Shown: positions 25,398-36,197 of the stretch, one piece after another | Numbering within the stretch: position 1 is the stretch's first letter | Layout of the letters: each line of letters begins with the position of its first letter | Origin: Saccostrea echinata | Lineage: Eukaryota | Direction of reading: 5' to 3' | DNA length: 64,000 nt | Assembly: GCF_033153115.1 (NCBI RefSeq) | Contig: NW_026889782.1 | Location: 24,304,001 to 24,368,000 of the forward strand | Made by a program: the position numbers and the translations under genes | The notes under the pieces: generated by a model | Told to the model about the DNA's origin: nothing | Seen by the model: the letters and a program-made list of their open reading frames with translations, nothing else | Databases searched by the model: none

Positions 25398-26225
25398 CTT
25401 CCGCTTGTCTATGGGGACACTAATCTAAATGCGTTGAAATGGATCATTTATAAGCAAAATCTTTACCAATAATTCACGTGATTGGACATTGCTTTTGAAA
25501 TTATAAAAGGTCTCTTTAAGAATGTTCTGCAGAGTAATTCGTCATGTCAAATCATATTACATTCCAAGAAAAGAAACTGAATTATGATCTTAAATTATTC
25601 TTAAATTTATTATAACCCCCCCCCCTTTTCAAAAAAAAGGAAGAAAGAAAACAAATAAAACTCTCCATAAGATGATGTACATTGTAAATTTAATTGTATG
25701 TGTGTGTTGAAAGAGGGGGTGGGTTTAACATCGATGAATTATTTCCTCTCTAAACGCTGACTTGGATTTTCCCTGAAATTAAATTCTCTGTCTTTCATTT
25801 CTATTTATGTACGTAATTTTAATCTACTCATTTCCTTTTTATCTCTATCCTCAGAGTCAATATTCAATATCATTTATCTGAAAATTAATCGATTCATGAA
25901 GGATGAACAAAACTACATGTCACCATTCAGTCGTCCTTATCTATATACTAATTCACAACGTTGCATACAATTAACCTTAATTAACCCCACATGTCAGGTG
26001 ACCTTGATCTTTTATCGATTGGGATCCCTAATTAAAAATAGATCCGGTTTAATGTATTCACCCCTCTGACCTTCATTTACAGAATTGACAGGTGAGCAGG
26101 TTTTAGGGGATGGCCAACAGACGCCTATACTACTGCGATGTACTTTTTAAAAAAATTCTAAATACCTCACCCTCCCAGTACCTGACTCTTGGGCTTTCAC
26201 ACCCCAAATGTTTCTGATCCAAAAC

Positions 26226-26317
26226 CATCTTCGCTAGCCAAGGGTTTCTGATACGCTATTCTCCTCATAAACTTATGAGGAGAGTAGCGTATCAGAAGCC
26301 CTAGGCTAGCGAAGATG
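26226..26317. mobile_element. 92-bp foldback mini-MITE
   Basis: Near-perfect palindrome CATCTTCGCTAGCC...GGCTAGCGAAGATG; flanks ATCCAAAAC / ATCTAAAAT are a possible degraded 9-bp TSD. Confidence 0.8.
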
Positions 26318-26326
26318 ATCTAAAAT

Positions 26327-26864
26327 GCGATTAACTTTTTTTTTTTAAATTTTCTGAAATGCCTCATGTCACGTTCACATTTTTTTGGTAGAGTATAAAT
26401 AGAGGGTTGACAAAATACCAGTGACATTGGCAGAAGCATTCCTTGAATATCTGTAAGTAAAAATATTCCTTTTTTGTTTTTAAAAATTACTTTAATTTTT
26501 CATAACTTATTTTTTTTTTACAAGTACATTACTTGTTAAGCTTAAGAGTTTAAGAATAAAATATTTAAGTATCTTTTCACAATTTTAAAACACCTAAATG
26601 CGGTGTGATAAGTGAACGAAACATAACAAACTAAAGGGTATTTGACAAATTCTAAACTGAGTAGGCATAGATTCGTTAATTATATTATTAAAAATATAAA
26701 GGCTATTGTATGCATTATTTTTGAAATGCCTAATATTTTGTACGAAAGTAATATAAAACATGGTTAAATGTATTTCCTTTTACCATGTTTACACTCATTT
26801 ATTTTTTTTTTATTTTCTCTATTACTGTATTTAATTAAATTCTTATACTGACAGTGAAGCCACA
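26327..26864 (+). pseudogene. Truncated duplicate of the gene A' promoter, exon 1, intron and start of exon 2
   Basis: Aligns by eye with ~27675-28229; TATAAATAG present; ATG changed to TTG (TTG GCA GAA GCA TTC); diverges after GAAGCCACAA. Confidence 0.7.
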
Positions 26865-27159
26865 AACTCCCCGGAAATGATTGTGCAAAAGGTTTGTCCA
26901 TGACTTGACATTCAGTTTGCATAGAAACAGTCCAATATTTTACGGTGTCTGGTGGCACTGCCCAGCACGGATTAGGGACAGAGACAGAGGTCACCCTAGT
27001 TTGGGGACAGAGGCAGAGGTCACTCTAGTTTGGGGACAGAGACAGAGGTCATTCTAGTTTGTATAGCAACAGTCGAAGGATAGAACTAAAAAACACTTTT
27101 TGATTCAAAATATCTCCTATAAAAAGATTAAGTTTGGAAATTCTATTCACAGCTTACCG

Positions 27160-27340
27160 TTCACGGTAGCTCAGTCGGTAGAGCGCTTGCTCCGTGATCG
27201 GGAGGTCGTGAGTTCGAATCGCGGCCGCGACAGACCTAAGTCGATAAAAAATGAGCAGCAACTGTTCCTTCGCCATGCGCTCGGCACTTTGAATTGAAAG
27301 TTGCGGGTCCTTCGGATGGGACCTTAAAAACCGAGGGCTG
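27160..27340 (+). mobile_element. tRNA-derived SINE family B (Meta-like plus Deu/Nin-like domains), 3'-truncated
   Basis: A box TAGCTCAGTCGG, B box GAGTTCGAATC, then GACAGACCTAAGTCG...CGCTCGGCAC and CCTTCGGATG...AAACCGAGG. Confidence 0.8.
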
Positions 27341-27798
27341 TGACAAAAAATGCTTGTTTTTTCTGATAAGCAATTTTAATAAAATTGGGATATTACTAAA
27401 CGAATTAGTAAAAGACCCGTTGCCCGTTTATTTAAGTACTGATATTAGGTCATATCGGGACATGTTACACAACCTGCACGCAGTCGTGAAATGCAAAATT
27501 TTAGATCGACATAGATATTAAATAAATCTACATCTATTCAGTGTAATGAGGTCAAGTCGAGCCAGAATACTTTTGCGCATCTAACCACGCCGGTATGTTA
27601 TGATCTTCAGCGCTTACGTCATGTTCCCGATTGAACGATATCAAAACTCCAGTTTAAAAACACCGATCTATAACGCGATGAACTTTTTTTTTTAATAATT
27701 CTTTTTCTAAATACCTTATGTCACGTTCATATTTTTGGGAAGTGTATAAATAAAGGGTTGTTAAAACCTGAATTATAATTGACAAAATATCAGTGACA

Positions 27799-28489
27799 AT
27801 GGCAGAAGAATTCCTTGAATTTCTGTCAAATATTCCTTTTCATTTTTAAAAATCACCTAAATTTCTCATAACTTATTTCATTTTATAAGTACATTAATTG
27901 TTAAGCATGAGAGTTTAAGAATAAAATATTTAAGTATTTTTTCACAATTTTAAAACTCTAAATGCGGTGTGATTAGTGAACGAAAAAAAAAAACAAATTA
28001 GAGAATATTTGACAAATTCTAAACCGAGTAGGCATAGATTCGTTAATTTTATCATTAAAAAATTTAAAGGCTATTATATGCATTATTTTTCAATTGTCTA
28101 ATATTTTGGACTAAAGTAATTAAATATGGTTAGATGTAATTTCCATTTACCATGTTTACCTTTAATTCATTTTTTAATTACTCTATTACTGTATCTAATT
28201 ATATATTTATACTGACAGTGAAGCCACAATCTCGGCAAATTCGTTTGAAGAGTTCGAAGACATGTGGTTAAAGATCGGAGAGGAGCTCGAAATGGAAGGC
28301 CTGTCAAAGCAGTGAGTCCACAAATTCTAATTTAAAAAAAAGAAAAAGAAAATAATCATATGTGAAATATTGCATTCTTTATGACTGTTTAGACGAAAGA
28401 ATCCCAAGAAAGCTGAAATGCTTGGAAAACGTCTGAGGGAGCCAACGCCAAATTATAAAGAACAAGTAGAGGTTGTGGAAAAATATTGA
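27799..28489 (+). pseudogene. Gene A paralog (A'); exons 27799-27824, 28219-28311, 28393-28489
   Basis: TATAAATA at ~27746. Spliced product MAEEFLEFLEATISANSFEEFEDMWLKIGEELE...RKNPKKAEMLGKR compares with gene A MAEAFF...SKTFGDSEKEWLELGKDFE...RKKPGKYEALEKR. It has no heptads. Confidence 0.6.
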
Positions 28490-28710
28490 AAGGGTTATAC
28501 AGGATGTTCAAAAGATAAAGATTATCGTAAATTATCTGGAAAACAATCTACAGCCCCCCCCCCCAAAAAAAAAAGAGAGTAAAATTTACAACTTTATAGT
28601 TGTGTAGAAATTCGATGGATTCATTTTTATAGACTTTTTATAGACTTGTCGTTACATGTACTTATTAACAATTTTTTTTAAGTACTCCAAAAGTGTTTTC
28701 ACAATATTGT

Positions 28711-29011
28711 TGATTGACTGATTGTATGTTGCTTAACGTCCCTCTTGAGAATTTTTCACTCATATGGAGACGCCACCACTTGCCGGTGGAGAGCTGCAAA
28801 TTTTGTCCTATACTCGGCACTTACGGTCATTGAGGTGTGAGGGATCTTTTTCGTGCCAGCACCTCCTGCGACACGGGACCTCAGTTTATACGGTGTCATC
28901 CGAAGGACCGGTCTCCACGTCCCACAGTGGGGTTCGAACCCGCGACGTAAGGATCAACTCCTTACTTCGCGACTCTAGAGCAGACGCTCTAACCACTGCG
29001 CCACGCAGACG
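28711..29011 (-). mobile_element. tRNA-derived SINE family A, full length
   Basis: A box TGGCGCAGTGG, B box GGTTCGAACC, Deu/Nin-like core, (CAAT/CAGT)n tail, and flanking CACAATA direct repeats. Confidence 0.9.
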
Positions 29012-29377
29012 CACAATAATATTGGTGAATTAATGATAAAAGTATTACTTACAAACTAAGTTGATTAAGAATGATGGCTGTGAATAGAATCTCAAAACTT
29101 GGCCTTGTTATAGTAGGCAGAAAAGAATACTTATTTAGTATCTTTCGTAGACTGTTCGGAAGGGCTCCTTATTTTTTTAACTGAATATTACATATTATAT
29201 TGGACTGTTGCTATGCAAATTTACATTAGTATTGGATTTTTATCTTACTATATGACAAACCTCAGAATGCTACTGGGTGTATGCTTCTAAATTTAGTACC
29301 ACATTTATATTATTGCTGTAGATACAGCTGTTATCTATAGTCTTAATATTATTTTGTATAGAATGTGTTAAAACTTC

Positions 29378-29580
29378 GTTGACTGTAGTCTCATTGCATA
29401 ACGACAGCGACTGTAGACTCTTTGACTGTGAACTATCCCCTGACTGTAGAGTTCCCTTAACTGTGATATACCCCCTGACTGTAGTCCCTCCTTGACTGTG
29501 ACCTCATATGACCAGGTATGGAAAAAAACCCATGACGTCATCTTGACTGTAGACTGACTGTTCTTTACCCCCTTACTACT
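29378..29580 (+). repeat. GACTGT-motif tandem repeats ending in CCCCCTTACTACT: candidate Maverick terminus
   Basis: About nine (T)GACTGT(A/G) motifs; the terminal 13 nt match those at 13506. Confidence 0.55.
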
Positions 29581-30182
29581 GTTATGCCGAAAATATACTC
29601 TCCTTATCAGAGAAATATTCCTCCTTACAAAGACTATCAAATTAATAGAGAGCAATGGTTTGCGCAGTCTTTACAAATTAAAAAAAATATTCCTCACAGG
29701 AGACTGGCTTTCCCATTTAAAATTGGTTGTGGATTAGCAGGAGGGGGCCGGAACGTTTATTACAATCATATTCACCATTTTGCCGCCTCTACGTCTGGGA
29801 AAAGCGAATTGATACCAGAACACGGCTAACTGAAGTTAAGGTCCATGTTGGGCGCTTTTGAATGATTTTACCTTTTGATAGTTTGGCAACCCAGATAAAA
29901 TAATTTGCGTTTTGAGGGATAAATCAGTGAGGCATATTACTTCGCAACTTTTATGAAATAAAAAATTTCAAGGGGCCATGACTTACCAAGAATGTCTGTA
30001 ATGAACAAATACATATTGATAACTCGGGAAACACAGAAACAGGAGACAATTTTTAAGGTCTGTTGCAAACAGACATAAATTATTGCACATATTTTTGATC
30101 TAAAAAAGGAATTTTCTTATCGTATGTTTTTTTTAAATATGAATGTTAGTTATGGAAGTTATATAAAGCTTATAGACAGTGT

Positions 30183-30550
30183 TTTTTAAGCACCCGCCAT
30201 AAAATGGCCGGGGCACGTAGTGTTACCCTGTTCCGTCATTACATCATCATTGACTTTCCGTTTATTATCTCGGCAACAGTTTTACACATTCAACTCTTAT
30301 TTGACGTGTAGATACGTCATAGGAATATCCTTCTTGAAATTAAAAAAAATAAGAAATTTTCAGTTTTCGGTTGAAATAAATTAGTATTTTTCAGTTTTCG
30401 CTATCTAGTTTTTGTAGGGATGTATGTTTAAGGTTGAAATGGCATATGCAGGTATTTTACCAGAAAATACAGGTGAAGTTCCAATTTGGTCCTGGTCCGA
30501 TGATTTTGGCTGACTGTGGGGTCATTCGTGGCCTTACGACATATCTAGTT
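30183..30550 (+). mobile_element. Short degraded Helentron/HINE
   Basis: 5' GCACCCGCCA...TGGCCGGGGC hairpin, CCGTCATT-type microsatellite remnant, and 3' ...CATATCTAGTT. Confidence 0.55.
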
Positions 30551-30676
30551 CTTTTTGGCATATGATGATTTTTAAAATTAAAAATACAAAATGACGACAA
30601 ATGTTAGGTATAAAAATGATGGAAATAATTTGTGTTTTCACACTTGCTCACTACCTGTCACGTCAAACTTTTCTAA

Positions 30677-31422
30677 ATGGCTGCCAAATCTATGACCAAG
30701 TGGAAATGCAGAGACTTAGAAACTCCTGGACAACATGGCCCTATAACGAAACGCTTATTCATTTATTTAGAAAACAATGACAAGATCTCAGACAATCAGC
30801 CTCTTCCAGCAATGAAACTAAAGCTTGACGATGACCAACGAGAACAGTTACTACTTTTTAAAGAACATTTATGCAGAAACTGGTACTTTGTCATTTCCGA
30901 GTATCAAGGGGAAACAAAGGTTCACTTGGGAGTGTATAGTATGAACAACGACAAAAAGATGGAACCCTGTATCCCACGAGAAAAGGAATATCCCTTGATC
31001 TAGAAAAATGGAAAAATCTGTCAGAACTATGCAGGGAAGATAAAGACGCCGCAATTGAACGCCACGAGGATTAAATGCCCGTCTCGTATAAAAGACATTT
31101 AGGAGAAAATTTCTATGTCACCATCAAAACAGGGTTTACCTTGATCAACGTAAGAAAAAGTTGGTGCCTTCAAAGAAGAAGGACATAGATCCGACAAGAC
31201 TTCGATTAGTGGGAAGAATTGAAATGTCTAATACCGCACGTAGAAGAAAAGACTGGACACCAGATACGAAAGGTGGAGTACTGTAAAAATTCGGAGAGCC
31301 ATCAAAATCAAATGGGATTCCTTCAGTGTCCCAGGTGCACACCACATGATGTTAAAAATATTGAAAAAGAAATGTCAAAGGCTTCATGGTACAGGGTATG
31401 TGCTATGTGTTTTATCATCTGA
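30677..31422 (+). pseudogene. Tandem-PC4-domain protein with a C-terminal C..HQNQ.G..QCPRC.P motif (Maverick/adintovirus-type accessory gene)
   Basis: Read across frameshifts and stops: KEHLCRNWYFVISEYQGETKVHLGVY...YPTRKGISLDLEKWKNL; YKRHLGENFYVTIKTG...WEELKCL; CKNSESHQNQMGFLQCPRCTP. TATAAAA at ~30609. Confidence 0.75.
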
Positions 31423-31949
31423 TTATAAGAACAGGAGTTTTGACAATAATGTATTTCATCTAAAATTCTGCAAAGTCACGACAAAAATAATCATATTTTT
31501 TTCCCATTGAAATACATAAACCTATATCAGAATTTACATGGGTATTGTACATAGAAATATATTATTTTAAAAAATCGATCAGTCAACTAAGTTATTGGTT
31601 TTCATAACTGATGTTTAGGTTTCATAACCAATATTTCATAAAGGTGCGTCCATACAATGTGAAAGTCTTCCAAGTCGTTGGTGTATTTCTGTACGGTACA
31701 TGTACTCCACTATAAAAGAAATTCGTGATTTTGAAGGTAATATCAACATTAGTTTAACAAATCTACACACGTCTATCTCGGTCAACTTTTTAAGAAAACA
31801 TACAGGGAACAAATACCCCCAATCACGATTATAAGAAACAAGGGAGGGGGATTATTATGAAATGAAGTATATCTAACCAAATTTTATCCTTCTACCACTT
31901 TGTTGGGGTGTGTGTAACATAAACGTACCGAGAGGAGCCTTTCTCGGAT

Positions 31950-32590
31950 AATGGTGATCTACGGAGGGTAGTTGCCAAGGGGATTCCCCCGGGAGCCGCG
32001 GACTTCATATTGCAACCCGATGTGGCCCGCGTTGTCGGGAACTGTCGGGCTAAGAATAGGATTACATGGGAGATCGGTCTGGATTACTCCGGATCGGCTA
32101 CTCAGAGATGCCCGAGGTTTGTCTTAGCGGAATTTTTCCGCCAAGTCAGTTTTAGTACTGGTATGATTTTGGTGGTTAGGGGACACGAGGATGATCCTTT
32201 AGGCCGAGTGCCCACTCAAGATTGTCTTACTTTACTGGATGGTATGTTTGTACCCACTTTGGTTCCGTTGTTCCTACGCAGTTTCTCGGGGGGGGGGGGG
32301 ATCGCAGCAGGGTAAGTGTTTGGTTGGATTCGGGTAGACCCGTGTTCTTCGGGATGAGCGGGCAGGTCTCTAGTATGTCAGAGGTCCAGTTGTCGGGTAT
32401 ACGTGCCATTCCTAACGACATGTTGGTTGAGTCGGATAGTCTGGATTCATCATGCGATGCCGGAAGTCCGATGTGCCCTCGGCACATTGGAGAAGTATAC
32501 AAGTTGGTGTACATACTTAGGGGGCAGGATGTCATCCTTCTTGCGGTAATGGTTTAACAAAACTTTAGAATGTTTTCGGGCCTCAGTTGA
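31950..32590 (+). pseudogene. tatD: TatD-family nuclease pseudogene at the 3' end of an LTR retrotransposon
   Basis: Collinear with TatD motifs: WEIGLDYS, ILVVRG, FLRSFSG, WLDSGRPVFFGMSG, GIRAIPNDMLVESDS, PRHIGEVYKLV, QNFR. Confidence 0.8.
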
Positions 32591-32996
32591 GGGGATCCTT
32601 GTAGTTTGCTTTTTGTTATAACCGGGATGACCAGATTTTGGTGTACCTTTTATCTATTTGTTGGTCGCACCGTAGATGTCGCACTTGATGTAGCAGAGCT
32701 TATCCATGGGTGATGTCAACGTTGGACCACGTGGTAGACGACAGGAGTCGGGAATCAACGAGATGCCACGTGGTGGACCGGGAAGACTCGGGGGGGGGGG
32801 ATTCTGACGAGTGATTGTGTTATGAACTGTGTTAAACTTATTATTATCCTATTATGGACATTCATGTTTAATTGAAATTGCTATTGTGTGCTTGTTTGTG
32901 TACATGTGTGGTAGGTCCTGCTAGGAATTAACTTACTTGATCATTTGTGTATTATAGATTGCCCCATTGCGTCGGGCTTGGACGCCCTCTTTTCAA

Positions 32997-33243
32997 AATG
33001 GGGAGGAATGTAGTGGACTTGGAAGTACCGGGCACGAATTGCCCTGCTACCTCCGGTCACGTGGTGCACTGCACACATTGTTTGACGTGTACCCGCATTC
33101 CTTCTCTCTTTTGACTTTTGCTGTTGTCTAGATCAGACACGCTGTTTTTGTAAGTCGTGATATCGTATTGTTTATAGGCGACTACTAGCTAGATAAAGGT
33201 GCGGATATTATAATATACTGTTGTTCTTGTTTCCGCCATCACA
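32997..33243 (+). mobile_element. PPT (AATGGGGAGGAA) and 3' LTR (33009-33243) of a TatD-bearing LTR retrotransposon
   Basis: PPT followed by TGTAGTGG...CCATCACA. The PPT plus TGTAGT is identical to that at 42883-42900 (minus). Confidence 0.7.
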
Positions 33244-33292
33244 TTTTATATATGTAGATTAAAAGAAAACATTATAAATCCGTTTAATTTTT

Positions 33293-33895
33293 TTAAAGAC
33301 CTCCGTCCCAGAGACATAATGATAAGTGCCATTCATTATGACGAATTGGACATGCCGTGTCCGTCCCCTTCCATACTGTAGAGGGCACGAATACCGCGGC
33401 CATGATGAGATCGTCCTCAATAGAAACGAGGACATCCCATTCGATTCCTCTTCTAGAGTTGACATTGGGAACCTGAAGTATACCCGGGATGAACGAGGGG
33501 TCAATCTCAAACATATCAAAGAAGATTAAAAAGAAGCACAAAAAGAAAAACAGGTGTCTCTTTGGAGTCACTCTCGTCACCCTGGCCAGTGCTTGAAAAA
33601 TTCATCCGTCGAGTTTCTGAAAAATCGAAGCTCTATATCCGACTTGCACTGCCGGAGAAATTCTCGTTCATATCACCCAATTCCTCTGTGGTATTACGCA
33701 ATACCAAAAAGGGAGCGCAAGACACCTTGACAATCGAGTCTGCGTGACCCTGGGTATAATCACCGAGGAACTCCTGACGTATGCCTACCTTCCGCATTTA
33801 GATAATATTTTGTAACAAACATTTACGTTGACAGTCCTTAGATGGGGAACGCCGTCTCGTACGTTAGTCCCAGCCACGATGAAGATTCTGTACAA
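33293..33895 (+). pseudogene. polB: Maverick/Polinton protein-primed PolB N-terminal fragment
   Basis: KDLRPRDI...HYDELDMP...IVLNRNEDIPFDSSSRVDIG...VCVTLG...LTYAYLPHL...MGNAVSYVSPSHDE, collinear with the 59010-60044 fragment. Confidence 0.7.
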
Positions 33896-35474
33896 TAACG
33901 ATAAGGACATTCATTATCTTATTTAATATTAAATACCTTTGAAGTGTATTCCAAACCATTATCGTGTTTGAAGTCAACTTTTTATCAAACATTTATTATT
34001 TATGTATTATTTAGGAAAAAATGACCTATTAAATATGGTATTCTATTGGGTTTTTTTCATTGAATTGTATTTTCCTTACCAATTGGAAATGAAATATAAT
34101 ATGTGATTGCTGTATTAATAATTAATTACGAGGGTTGTCCCAGAAAAACGCGAACTTTTCCAATATTTTTCGTTTCACTGATATTATATAGTTAAAAATT
34201 GGCATGCAGCATAATCAACATTTATTACATTATTCATAGAAATTTAAAAAAAAAATCTCTATAAATAACATTTTCTCTCTCTGATAAACGACTCGTTCAA
34301 AATAGCTCCTGGCGCAACACCGACGACGTCAAAACGTAGCTCGTAGAGATTTTTGGATTTGTTCAGGAATCGTGCGTCTTTAAAAATTCGTTCGAACAGA
34401 AATTCGATACTACATTTGTTTTCTTTTAGTTACCGAGTTATCCATTTCACACGAACTACAGTTAAGAATAAATTAAGGAATTAATTCTTTTAATAGACAA
34501 TTTCCCAACCCCGATCATAAACTTAACTGCTCTCATAGTTAACGGTGGTCTCCACGTATGACGTCCAGCTCTAGACTTTTCAGTTTTGTCGTCATTTTTG
34601 TTGGTCTACCAAACGCAAATATAAGCACAACTGTTAGGTAAGGGGCCAGTCGTTATCCTGTTAGGGGATAGTTAGAATACTATAAACAATTAAGGCTAAG
34701 AATGGTAAAAAAAAAAAGATATTTCCATATCTTGTGGTTCAGTAGATTCTGAGCTCTTTGTCAAATCATATGCTAACTCAACAGTACACTTACATGTTTT
34801 GACTTTAAGGACTTTTGTGCTAGACAGTCCTATACTACCAGCAGCATCACGCGTGTATTGCCACAAGAACAACCCCAATGCATTGTTTGTCAAATATAAC
34901 GAGCTTCCCCATCACCAAATGCTAGACAGAATTGTAGTTAAATAAGATTTCCAGATCCAATTTTCGATTACAACAGCCGACACGTAGAACAAAAAGTATG
35001 GGCCATAGATTCAACACCAATTAAACCTAACATACTTGAGGTATGTCAACTCATGTGCCTGATTAACATACGGTTCATTGTCATCTCTGGATTTTACAGT
35101 GATTTTCACTTAAATTATTCTTTACATCTGTAAATTTGTCATTGTCAATGTTATGGCACTTTAATTAGAAGATCATTTATAGTTCTTTCGTTCTACTCAG
35201 CAGGTTCTATTATAAAATATCTCATAACTCATAAGGTTTAATTCCATATTGACAGCATTGCCTTAGTAAGCATTCTGAACACTCAATCGTCAAAGTCTCC
35301 ATGAATTATGTTTTTTTTAATTTGGAAGTTAGTACTGATGCTTTTGCAATATAATATCATATTGAAAGCTAAGCCAAGCATATTTCTGGCATTGATAATG
35401 GTATATCAAATGATTTCTCTCGTAATCAGTGGGAAGATTCTGAGAACGTGCTCCAAAAGCAACACGGGTCCCAT

Positions 35475-35890
35475 TCAGGGTTAAAATTAATTAACCTAGT
35501 TCAGAAGGTTAGTTACGTGGCCACGTTAGACGATCCTACAAGATATTTACTCATTCACTGTGGGACCAATGATCTGGGTCAAATTATACTGTCGAGATTA
35601 TTGTTTACAATATAGTGGGATATTCAGTATGTTCATTAACAAAACTCTTGTTTGGTCTTTTCTCCTCCCCCGTATTTTTGGAGACACTCCGGTAACGTTA
35701 GAGCAATGGAGCAGGCAAGGGATAGGCTAAACAGGTGGGCAGCAAAACAGGTGTTTCAGAAGAAGGGGGGGGGGGGAATTATCAAGCATTCCAAAGTTAT
35801 AGGAAAACCTGCACAATTGTATCACTCGAACGGAACACACTTGTGAGAGTTGGAGAATTATATTTTCTTCAACAACATCCATGGGGCATG
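35475..35890 (+). pseudogene. SGNH hydrolase ORF of a Ngaro-type tyrosine-recombinase retrotransposon; the remnant continues to ~40950, split by the Gypsy element
   Basis: DPTRYLLIHCGTNDLG, LVWSFLLP/RIFWRHS, MEQARDRLN, LYHSNGTHL (degenerate DGVHL). Confidence 0.75.
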
Positions 35891-36197
35891 TGTTGCCATT
35901 GGAGATAAAGCAAAGAATTTTCTTGTAAATAATTAAATAAGCAATTCAGTCCATGGAGTTGAGTATTCCTTCTTGGGGACAGAGGCACAGTGGTCACCTT
36001 GAAGGTTCTTACCCCACCATGTGGCGGTGAGCAACCTGATTGTATGTCTGCAAATGCACACATTCATCGGGTTCCCATATGTCGTCACCTTCAAGTTGCT
36101 TGTGGAATCATGATGTTGACTGTTGATGTTGATTTCATAATGTTTTCATATAGACAATTTAAAGTAAAGAGATGTATATTAAATGATATGTTGATGT

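Noticed and set aside
15924-26134. Single intact Maverick bounded by AGTAGT (15924) and ACTACT (26134)
   Set aside because: The sequences inside the two ends are not inverted repeats of each other, and the flanking 6-mers (CATCTG vs GCGATG) do not form a TSD.
26972-27062. Three 29-bp repeats (GGGACAGAG.CAGAGGTCA..CTAGTTTG) as CRISPR or coding repeats
   Set aside because: Head-to-tail minisatellite without spacers; the period is not a multiple of 3.
28930-29011. Possible tRNA gene with a CTA (amber) anticodon
   Set aside because: The acceptor and anticodon stems do not pair properly, and the sequence continues into a SINE core and tail found in several copies.
34128-34160. Mariner-like TIR (TACGAGGGTTGTCCCAG); also lone TIR-like ends at ~15110 and ~42308
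   Set aside because: No partner TIR or TSD was found, so the extent cannot be defined.
34600-35150. Possible tyrosine recombinase remnant of the Ngaro element
   Set aside because: No convincing SKTD or HSFR motifs could be read.
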